Of a stretch of DNA of 64,000 nt, positions 1-10,465 are shown piece after piece. Source of the DNA: Perna viridis (Eukaryota). Numbering within the stretch: position 1 is the stretch's first letter; each line of letters starts with the position of its first letter. The notes beneath the pieces are model-generated. The model saw only the letters and a program-made list of their open reading frames with translations. It was not told where the DNA came from and made no database searches. Location: positions 16,545,275-16,609,274 of the forward strand of contig CM074525.1 of assembly GCA_037379345.1 (NCBI GenBank), in the 5' to 3' direction. Made by a program: the position numbers and the translations under genes.

Positions 1-1592
1 AGAAAATGGATAATACGAGAACATGAAGACATTGATTCTCTGCCAGAGTGGTTAAAGGCTACGATGTCTTTAATTTTGAAACGAATGAAAGTTTTAAGTA
101 GGTAAATGAGTACCTATGCTACATAAATTTTTCAAAAAACCCTGATGTAGCAAAAACATTGTCTACTATACACGACAAATATGTTGTCGTACCAGCAGAC
201 AAAGCCCAAAACAACATTGTTTTTGTCTGCAAAAGGTTTAACATCAAATGTTTATTATCAAAGGTAGACGTACAAAATAATAGCAGTGATGACCTATACT
301 GCTACCACTCTCTAAAGAAGAGATTGGGAAAAACCATAAATATGTGCTATCCCCCTTTGGTCTCTTTACCAAGGGCAATGATTGTGATTTACTGTCTATG
401 AACTGGATTTCTAAACTCCACAAGTATCCATACAAGCAACGTTACATAGCTGGATCTGCAAAATGTACCACCAAACCTCGTTTAAACTTTAAACTTATAT
501 ACTCACAGCTGTCAAAGATGGTCTGCAGTCCTACCACAACACTTATTACTCCCGTAGTGGTAGTAATGCCATGTGGATCCGGAAAAATTCAAAAGATCTT
601 TTGAAGACAAGCAGTTCAATACTATTATCAGAATATAATAGCATATGATTTGTCAACACTGTATACTTCTATTTCCATACTCAGTTAAAATCCCGACTCA
701 AAAACATTATACATCGTTGTTCTTTTTCAAAGATGGTACACCTAGATACAAATATATAGCTCTTGATGTTTACAAAATGTTGGAATTTTTAATCGACATT
801 GTATTTGTCCAGTGTGGTAGACGCGTTTGTCAACAAAAGGTCGGTATTTCAATGGGAAAAATTGTGCTCCTCTACTTGCTGACCTATTCCTTCACTCTTA
901 TGAAGCTGACTCTATAACTGATATGATTCTAAAGAAAGAATGTCGTTAAGCTAGATCCTTTAATCTCAGTTTCCGCTATATAGATGACGTATTATCTATA
1001 ACAATCCTAATTTCTGAGATCTGATACATCGCATCTACCAAAAAAAAACTTGAGATTAAGGATACTACAGACACTGTGAGGTTAGCCTCATATCTATCTT
1101 GACTACACTTAGAAATCGATGATAAAGAAAAACTTTGACAAAAACTACGACAAATGTGATGACTTTTTTTCGGAATTGGCAACATCCCTTCATCACTTGC
1201 GTATGAAGTGTTCATGTCACAACTCGTTATGCCAGAGCTTGCCGAAACTACGTAGACTTTTTGCATCGCGCTAGAATTCTAACAAAAAAGCTTCTGGAAC
1301 AGGGTTATGTTGCTACAAGATTGAAGTCATCACTACAGAAGTATGGTCGTCATCATGAACTCCTGGGTCGCTATGGTGTATCCATCTGCGTCATGAAAAC
1401 TGATTTGTTCAGCAGATGACGCTAACCCTACCGCTGCACCTGGTCCATGCCCATTCGCTTTTGTCACTTTGTATGTATGATTTTAGTTACTTTTTGTTCT
1501 CTGTTGTGTGCATCTGTTTTCCATGTCTGGTCTTTGTCCCTGGATTATATTCTTTTGATTACCGCTATAAACTTGATTCCCTTGATTACTCT
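1..1592 (+). mobile_element. Decayed Penelope-like retroelement (probably Naiad-type: RT is C-terminal, no downstream GIY-YIG), cut by window edge
   Basis: Frameshifted RT motifs: KYVVVPADKAQNN, WISKLHKYPYKQRYIAGSAKCTTKP, LEFLID..FVQCG..QQKVGISMG, FRYIDD, EQGYVATRLKSSLQK. Ends in the same 3' tail (..TTCCCTTGATTACTCT) as four other copies in the window. Confidence 0.85.
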
Positions 1593-1633
1593 CTCTGAAA
1601 AGAGAATCATGATTTAAAGTATGCCATACTTAC

Positions 1634-2191
1634 CATCACAAGTCTTAGAAATTAAGGTGTTGAAAACACTTCCTATCAGAGCACTGTAATCTGTTATATT
1701 GTAGACGTAACTACTGCTGAAAGCAATTTGGTTTAGCTGAGATATGAGAACGCCGTTCCCCACACCTACGGCATACACAAGAATACCATGTTGCCTTAAA
1801 AGGGCTCCTTCTGTGATCACCTGCCATGATCTACCATCAGTGAAGAAAAATAAAATTTTCAAGGCCGAATCACGTGCGCCGTTCGATTTTTGAAACATAC
1901 TGTTTCTTGCAAAGGCTAATGCCTTTTCAAAATCTTGACCTCCACTGGCATAGTTAATGCTGTTAACGTGATTCTTTATTGAAGTCTTGTCATTGCAACA
2001 AGAAAAGTGGAATCCATCGCCCATGACACTATGAAATGCAAATGCACTTATTTTCACTTCATTAATGCCAATATTAAACAAATCAACGAACTTATTCACA
2101 AACTGCAAATTTTTCTGAAAGTTTTCGCTTCCAACACTACCCGACTCGTCCATTAGGAATCCGATATCAGCGGGTTGTAGCTTTCCACAAC
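1634..2191 (-). CDS. VWA/EGF gene A, exon 2: VWA domain (gene continues beyond left edge)
   Basis: 558-nt open exon, TTTCAG acceptor, GTAAGT donor, phase 1-1. MIDAS motif DIGFLMDESGS...FFTDG. Paralog of 30730-31284. Confidence 0.9.
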
Positions 2192-2251
2192 CTGAAAATA
2201 ATGAAACAAAGTTTAAATTGTACATACTGCGTCCATCTTCTTTTAGTTATT

Positions 2252-2257
<6 letters not shown>

Positions 2258-2291
<34 letters not shown>
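2258..2291. repeat. (TA)n microsatellite, insertion site of the 410-bp tandem element
   Basis: Pure TA run; TA run resumes at about 3146-3158. Confidence 0.95.
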
Positions 2292-2294
<3 letters not shown>

Positions 2295-2355
2295 GGGTCT
2301 GAAAAATTCCCAACGACGTTAGAACTGTCAAATTTGCGAAGCAAATTTTTTATCG

Positions 2356-2450
2356 TTCCCTCCGCGGGACTCGAACTCGTACGGCTGTGACATCTATGGC
2401 AACACCGCCTGCACTAAGTCCAGCGAGCTAGACCACTCGGCCAGCTAGGC
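2356..2450 (-). ncRNA. tRNA-Leu(UAG)-like Pol III module in repeat unit 1 (not a canonical tRNA)
   Basis: Minus strand TGGCCGAGTGGTCTAG (A box/D arm), GCTGGACTTAG (Leu-TAG-like anticodon arm), enlarged variable-arm hairpin, GTTCGAGTCCC (B box). Acceptor stem is poor. Confidence 0.55.
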
Positions 2451-2765
2451 TATATAAAAATATAGCTTTCGCTGGCCGGGTCATTCCTCCTCGTAGGATT
2501 AATCTAGGGCTGTAACTTAGTACACGATGTATGGTAGTACGGGTCAGTTCATCTAGGTGTTATTATGTAGGATAGAGGATCAAATTAATGATGCATGTCA
2601 CAACAAATCTATATTATACAACGTCTCAGAATGTGACGACTCTATTCGCTACACTGCTCCATCGGATCAAATTGATACAGGGAAGATAACGTAAACTTAT
2701 AGAAGGGTCTGAAAAATTCCCAACGATGTTAGAACTGTCAAATTTGCGAAGCAAATTTTTGGTCG

Positions 2766-2860
2766 TTCCTTCCGCGGGACTCGAACTCGTACCGCTGTGA
2801 CATCTATGGCAACACCGCCTGCACTAAGTCCATTGAGCTAGATCACTCGGCCAGCTAGGC
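2766..2860 (-). ncRNA. tRNA-Leu-like Pol III module in repeat unit 2
   Basis: Second copy of 2356-2450 with a few substitutions; A and B boxes retained. Confidence 0.5.
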
Positions 2861-3548
2861 TATATAAAAATATAGCTTTCGCAGGCCGGGTCATTCCTCC
2901 TCGTAGGATTAATCTAGGGCTGTAACTTAGTACACAATGTATGGTAGTACGGGTCAGTTCATCTAGGTGTTATTATGTAGGATAGAGGATCAAATTAATG
3001 ATGCATGTCACAACAGATCAATATTATACAACGTCTCAGAATGTGACGACTCTATTCGTTACACTGCTCCATCGGATCAAATTGATACAGGGAAGATAAC
3101 GTAAACTTATAGAAGGGTCTAAAAAATTCCCAACGATGTTAGAACTATATATATATATGAAATGGTTTCATATGCAAAATATTATTAAAAATCGTGTCAG
3201 TTGTAACTGATTATCACCTGGTTTCAGAAGACAAATACCAGATATATTCCATTCTCCATTTTTCTTATTTTCATCGGTCGAAATTTTGGATGTATATCTT
3301 GTAACGTGTGGAATAAAAAAAAACCAGAATCACAACAAACACGAGATATTACAATAAAATACTCTCACAAGTACAAATCACTAGACCAATGACAAACTCT
3401 GCTTGATGTATTAGTTTAATTGGTCGTCATTTTGGTGATCTTTCTTTATTTCCTATCCGTTTTTTGAAATATCAGTACCACCATGCTAAAAAGAGACCTA
3501 AACTAAGGATAAATATCATTCGTTATAGAGGGACAATTAAGTTCATAC

Positions 3549-3615
3549 CTGTGGTCGAAGATACTATTTCCATGTGAAAAATGAAAAACACAAAAGCAGA
3601 TCTTAAAAGAACCAT
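3549..3615 (-). CDS. VWA/EGF gene A, exon 1: signal peptide MVLLRSAFVFFIFHMEIVSSTT
   Basis: ATG at 3615, 67 nt, GTATGA donor, phase 1 matching the VWA exon. Homologous exons at 18318-18367 and 31842-31905. Confidence 0.8.
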
Positions 3616-6091
3616 GTTGTGTTCGATATTGAAATGGATTTCAAATATGCACATATTATGTAATTACACCAGGAAGGAAACAACACAAATTGCACAATTA
3701 ACATTGGTACAGATCTGTCCATTTAAATCGCTTCTTCCTCTTTTATGATAACAGATCTTAAGTACCAGTCCATATACAATACATACAATGCCCATAGTAA
3801 AATGATTCATGGTGTAGAAAAATCCTTGGATCAGAAGATGCTTGTTTTTGTCTACATATGCTTCATTTTTATGTGACAATAGTCCTTTCTCTATTTTCAT
3901 CTGTATTTTTTACAACCTTAAATTCTAAGTTCCCACTAAAATCAAACCAAATCAAGAACAATAACTCTTGCCAAGTGCAAATTACATGTACAATCCATAT
4001 AATTTTTTATTTCAAAAGCGCAACAACCAAATAATAAACTAACAGTGCTTATGTTATCAGTAACTGCTTCTTAACAAGAAATAAAAATAAAAAATAAAAA
4101 TAAAAAAATAAAAATAATTTTTTTTTGTATAAATAAAATCAGGGGCCTAATACGTCTTTTTTTCAAAAACAAGTGTTAAATACTAGACAAAATTTGAAAA
4201 TCGTATTTTTTACAAATAAATTATTTAAGGGTAGTTGATAAGTCCAACAAATTTATCTGTAGTAAACTCACCGCTTTAATGAGTCGGTTTGACGGATCGA
4301 TGACTGATCGAAAACTGATCGGTCATCGATGACCGATCGCAATTTGTATTGCACGGATCGTTTCAGGTACTGTATATCCAGCAATCTAACAAACAATTGC
4401 AAATAGTAATTTTAATTTAATTTAATCTCACTAAAAAACAAACATAAAATGAAGAATTTTTTTTTCTAACATGAAATTGACATTTTTAAAGGAGACTATT
4501 TATATCATTGTCTTCATTCAAGTGCTTACGTCGGGTTTTTAGTGGATTGGTTTACCACTGGTGTCGTTCCACAGTTAGGGGTTGTGGCCAAAATACTGAT
4601 TTGGATAATACGAAATGGACAATGTTGCTCGATAAGGCTGAACTGTTCAGAATTAAAAGATATTAAAATATTAACGTATGGATTTGTCAAGCGTATGTAA
4701 AAATACATGCTTCCTTTTGTACAGCATAACTCAGTAGCTAGGAGGTACATGTGTAAATGTGAATTCACGTTAACTCTTTATCGATTCTTATGTTCAGATA
4801 AAAATGTAAATACTGGTGAACAAATGCATAATGGTGATTAATAGACCAGCAATGATCTTAAAAAAAACATGGTAAATTTAGGTTATCATGAAATATTACT
4901 ACGATTAAAATTTACGTTTTGCAACAGTGATTTATTTCACACACTCTTCCGGGTTAACTGTCTTGGCTTATATTTCAATTCGTCTTCAGTGACTGAATAA
5001 ATAAGTCAAGTATTAAATTATGTCTTTACGATTTAATGCTTTTATCAGCTACTACAATCGATAAAACAACTAATGACATTTTAATGGAAAAAAATGTGAT
5101 TGATTGTTCTTTCTAGTTGTAAACAAACGAGTTTATAAATTGATCATTGTAATTGATTTTATTTGCAGTTTGATACACACGTTTAAGGAGAAACTAGAAT
5201 TTTAAGCATGTTTCGTGATATTTTTTTTCTTCAAATTTTGTTTAATTGTATTTTTTTTATTTGACATTACACTGCTTTAATTAATTAAACAACGGGGTTT
5301 GACTACGTTTTCAAACTATTTTGGATGTTTTATTACATTTTCCAAACTATTTTAGAAGTTATATATGCTAATTTTTTTTAATTTATGCCTCTGAAAGTAT
5401 TATCCATGGAAGCAGCAAATGTTTTCAGGCGGGGCTTAAATATACCAAAACTTCAAATTTTCGGAATAAGGATACTTCCTCATTCCTTGAAACTTTAACT
5501 AAGAAGTGTTTGGTGACTTTAGTTTATAGTGTATGGTCGGGGACAAGCAAAACAAAAGCGAAATTCGATCATCGCTTAAAAGACACATCAGTCATTGCTG
5601 CTCCACAGTTCACTATATTGTAGCAAAATTAGCCTCAAATGCTAAAATGTCAAACGTGGAGTGGTTTTATTTTTTAACTGGATAACAATATGACTAGTTT
5701 ATTTAAGTTTGATAAATATGTTGTATAAAATAAACGAAACAAAGTTTTTACCACACTAGCCGTTAAATTCTCATGTACACCGAAATAAATTGACATTGTT
5801 TTTCGTCTCGCGATTACTGGACCTTTTGTGGCGCCAACCATATTTTGTCATATTTTATGAAGATGATTCTTATGAAATTTCTGCCATTTTAACATTTACA
5901 ATACGTAAAGTGTAATTGTATACACATATGGAAAACCTCGCTATGTTATATGTACTATATGTAACAAGACCTTTCAAGCTAAAAATATGTTTATGAAGGT
6001 CTTAAACTAACTTTACGGAAATTATTTAAAATTAAAAGAACAGATAAAGAAATATTATAAGCCGATCAACCATATATTTATCATTCATATA

Positions 6092-6402
6092 CAGTTTAAC
6101 CTGTCTTAATTTGTCCTGAATAATCCGATAATCTATTTCATCTAGACATGTTAAATGTTCTTTTGTATAACTCCAAGTATACATTATGAAACTTGATAAA
6201 TGGAATAGCAGTCCTTTTTTACAAAATCATAAAAAAATCTTAAGTGTAAAATTAGTCTTAAGCTATGACGTCATAATATATCAATTATTGTGACGTCATA
6301 ACGTACGACAGATTTTACGATTGAAATCAACCGCAGGTGTCTGAAATCAATTTAACTAATTTTAAAGTCCAAAAAAGTGTTCGGTTTAGACACGCTTCAC
6401 TG
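6092..6402. mobile_element. Degenerate TA-type MITE (Tc1/mariner-like)
   Basis: Imperfect TIRs CAGTTTAACCTGTCTTAA / TTTAGACACGCTTCACTG; similar to the ends of 31349-31528. Confidence 0.45.
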
Positions 6403-6879
6403 CACATTAATTTATGTTACCATGGTAATGTAGAGCACATCCTTTCTACATGTTAGTTAATGTACAACTTTGTGAAAGACATGCTATCATTAGTTAAATT
6501 TCTCTTCGACTTTCCAGTTTGAAAACCTTCCTTACCTGTTGGCTTACCGTGTGTAACACGCTTAGAAAGTGACGAGTACCGATGACTGAGCGTGATATGG
6601 TTATCTTAGCACGCGTTTTGAGTTCCAGATTTATGGGTTAACACTGTAAGTGCTTTAATTCTTTGTGGAATGGCTATCTCATATTGGTCATCCTTTATAT
6701 GTTATGTTTCTTTCCTTTTGTTTTTAGTTTTACTATGTAATTCGATTTCTTTCAAATCTTAATTGTTCTGCTTTTTTGAATACTTCGATATTTAAAGCCG
6801 ATATTTACATGAAGAAATCACAATCAAAACAAAACTGCAAAATCTTAAAATTGAAAATTAATACTAGCATGACAATATA

Positions 6880-7560
6880 ATAACCCATATACTTCTTATC
6901 GACGCTAGGGATTTTATCAATACTATATTCAATACCGTCGATATATCCAACAGAACTCGGGATAGAAGAGACTACAGAAGCACTTGTTCTGCAATTCGTT
7001 TGTCCTTCATTTCTAATTTGACAACACAACAATGTCATCTAAACACTAAGGTTTATGATAAAAAGAGTCGACTTTAATCTTCATATCATAAATTTTCCAT
7101 GCATGTGAAGCGATATACCTTCATCTACTGCATATTGTGTTTATATTTCAAAAACGTTTCGCTCTTAGGAGCAAGTCCTAACTAACTAACTACTTTGAAT
7201 TCCTTGAACGCCATTAATATCTGCGTAACAGACACCTGAATCAGGGGTGTGAGGAAATGAGACTCAAAAAGTATCTTACCAAATTCATTTTTAGATATCA
7301 GTCCTGGGTTGAAACAATTCTCAGTTACTTCTAAAATAATGAGTAATGATTGTTTTTTTTTCTGTAAATTGTAGTTTTTGTTGATGTGACCGCTGATTTA
7401 CCGATTATGACACAATATCAAGCAAATGTTATTTAACTAGTATGTTCACGCCAAAATAGAAGAGGGAGTTTGCGCGTTGTTAAACTATATTTAACCAACC
7501 GGTATGTTAAAAATGCCTGTACCAAGTCAGGACCTTAGCGTAACCAGCTGTTCCAGTGGT
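6880..7560 (+). mobile_element. Highly decayed Penelope-like RT 3' fragment, second divergent family
   Basis: Broken translation IYPTELGIEETTE..HLNTKVYDK..DFNLHIINFPCM*SDIPSSTAYCVYIS aligns with the RT C-terminal region of 26853-27642. Boundaries approximate. Confidence 0.7.
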
Positions 7561-8630
7561 GTAATATCTGTTTTGCTATATATAAGGTAAAGTATAAAAT
7601 ATTTAGTAAATATTTGTAATACTTGTACATGCATGAGTGGCATTTTTGTTTTACATATTTTATCACTTTTATATACTTCATCAGTTCTCCTTTCAATTGA
7701 CCGTCCTTGATATAAAATGAGGGGGATGGTTATTATCTTAAGTATTTTTACTGCCATAAGAATACTTTTGGTAGACACAAAATGCAGTCAGTATACATTT
7801 CTTATAGATTTATTTTACCTAAAAGAAGAAAAATAATACAAAACAATACACAAAAGATTGACTGATAGTGTCTCTATCAGATAACAAAGACCAAACTCTT
7901 CTAATGAAGAGGATACATTATCAAACACAAGTTTTCTTTCAAATGTTCTCTTTTATAGTACTAGTCCATATAAGATTCAGAAACTGTCAACACCAAAATG
8001 ATTCATGGCGAAGAAAACCCACCGAACAAACAATGCTTTTTTTCAATTTATATATGCTATATTTATTTTACGTAACAGTTGTCCTTTCCATATTCAGATC
8101 TGTAAATTTATTTTATCTAAAATCAACCAAATCGAACAAAATCAATTACGATAACTCTTGCAAAGTGTTAATTTCGTGTACAATCTGTATACATTTTATC
8201 AGAAAAGCGCAACACCCAAACGAAAGACTAACACTGTTTATGTTGTCGGTAACTGATTCTGAATAAGAAATAAAACTAATTAGGTGGGTTTTTGACATAT
8301 ATAAATATCTTCCTGTGTGATTTTTATAGACTGCTACTAATACATTTTTTTTACGTATTTAGATTTCAATATCAGTACTGAACACAAATATTTCGGCTAT
8401 CATCCAATAAAACAGTCAGAAGCTATCTTGAAATAAACACAACCTTCATCCCTTACATTCCAAATTGCGAAAGATTCCAGTGTTAATGATAAATAAAGAT
8501 AGATTTCGTGTATTAGATTGTTTTAGATTTGTTTTTTCTTATTTTATTTTCCTGGTATTGTTATTCCCAATTTCATCTTTGTGGCTTTTGCAAGTACTTG
8601 GTGTTTTAAAACTTGCCATGTCATATTAAT

Positions 8631-10143
8631 ATGTGGAGAGTAATAGTGCTTTCAATAGTCTACTTACCAAATGTCAACTCAACAGAAGGTAGGGTTTTAT
8701 TTAAACGATCGCCTTATTTATATCTCCACAAAAGGATAAAACAATTCGTGACAAACGAATTTATTATTCGTTATATCTAAATACCATATTCTTTTCATAT
8801 TTCTAAATTGCAAACCAACTGTTCTATTAAAACCGTGTGATAGTTTAATCGCATTTAAAATACTAGATACAGGTTGTAATAAAACACAATATATGTATTT
8901 TTTATCACAGCTATATCAAACAGAGGAAGATATTTTATTCTTGGTTTTATGAAGAACTTACCAGATAGAGAAGTGTTTCTGCGTCTCTTTGTAACAACTA
9001 ACGCAGACAAAGACGTTATGGTCACAATAACAACTCCGATATTCGATTCTTCGTTTTCTCGAATACTGCATATTCGGAAAGGGCAGATAAAGAAAATACA
9101 GCTGGAAAATACACTTGAAGGATCAATTGGTATTGAAAAGAAGGGGATATGTGTTGTAGCTGATGAAGATATCGCTGTGTATGCCACTAATGAACGTGAA
9201 GTGACAATGGATGCCTTTTTAATCCTACCGACTTCTGCACTTGGTCTGCAATATTACGTTACTTCTTTCCCTGATAAAACATCCTTCATGATTGTTGCTA
9301 CAGAGAATAATACGGTGATCAATATTTCTTTTGGGAAAAATAGTCCTTCAGTATCAATAGCGGGGTACAATATAGGACCAGAAACATCGAATACGATACG
9401 TTTGAATAAGTTTGAGACATTTTTATTCATTCAACAGCTGGTGACTTCACTGGCACTGGTGTATTAAGTGATAAATTCGTCGTAGTTTATGGTGGTAGTG
9501 TTTGCGCCCATGTTGAAAAAGGATCTTGCGACCACATGATAGAACAAATGCTTCCAGTTGATAAATGGGGAAAAGAGTTTGTAACAGTCAGTATGCCAGG
9601 GTGTGAATCTACAGACACGTATAGGATAGTTGCAAGCGTTGAAAATACTGCTCTGGAATGGCTCCACAGAAACTTACGAATCCAGGGGATTTCTACCAAT
9701 TTGTATTAAGCAATTCTTTGTCAAAATCAGTTTCAGCAGACAAACCAGTAACACTAGCACTTTTTGCAAACGGCGAATGTGGTCCAAGAAATTTCGGTGA
9801 TCCAACTATGGTACTATTTCCTGCCATTCAACAATTTTCATCCGATTATACCTTCACGACTATATCGGTTGATGGTGTTAACTTTACAAATTATATTGCT
9901 GTCATCATGAAAGACAGCCACATAAGGGGTCTACGTTTTGATGGATTGAGCATTACACAAACAAACTGGAAAGCTGCAGATGGACGATCTGGTATTTCGA
10001 GCACGGAATTCAAAATTGCAACCGGCATCCATACTATTTCTCATGTAAATCCTCAAGTTTAATTCATGGCGCTTGTAAGTGGTTTTCAGTCATATACTTC
10101 ATATGGATATATTGCCGGATTAAATTTTAGACACAGAAGTAAG
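8631..10143 (+). pseudogene. IgGFc-binding protein (FCGBP) N-terminal-domain gene, disrupted; exons 8631-8688 and 8911-about 10143
   Basis: Signal exon MWRVIVLSIVYLPNVNSTE with GT donor. Exon 2 has the hallmark motifs NRGRYFILGFMKN, DAFLILPTSALGLQYYV, GDFTGT, CDHMIEQMLPVDKWGKEF, DPTMVLFPAIQQF, SYGYIAG. Frameshifts near 9422 and 9655 and in-frame TAA at 10060. Confidence 0.8.
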
Positions 10144-10258
10144 GTAAATGAGTATTTTTCTTTTGTTTCTTTTGTTTTCTTTTATTTTCTTGTAATTTTG
10201 TAATTATTTTTTTCATTATATTTTCGTTTTCATAAGACGCATGATAATTGCATAAGTT

Positions 10259-10465
10259 AGAGGAGGCTTACCCTACCGGTGCACCTTGTCCATCCTCCCA
10301 GTTTTTAGTGGAGTCCGAGTTGCTCATTTGCTTCTGTTACTTTGTATGCATGATTTTAGTTACTGTATGTTCTTTGTTGTATATGTCTGTTTTCCATGTC
10401 GGGTCTTTGTCCCTGGATTACATTCTTTTGATTACCGCTATAACCTTGGTTCCCTTGATTACTCT
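10259..10465 (+). mobile_element. Solo 3' tail of the Penelope-like element
   Basis: Near-identical to about 27712-27917; same 3' terminus. Confidence 0.85.

Larger units (their letters stand above)
2291..3146 (-). mobile_element. Tandem 410-bp tRNA-derived non-autonomous element (2 units plus about 36-bp partial third)
   Basis: AGAAGGGTCT recurs at 2291, 2701 and 3111 (period 410); units nearly identical; flanked by (TA)n on both sides. Confidence 0.85.

Noticed and set aside
2356-2450. A functional tRNA-Leu gene
   Set aside because: Acceptor stem and anticodon loop are not canonical, and it lies inside a repeat unit; treated as tRNA-derived.
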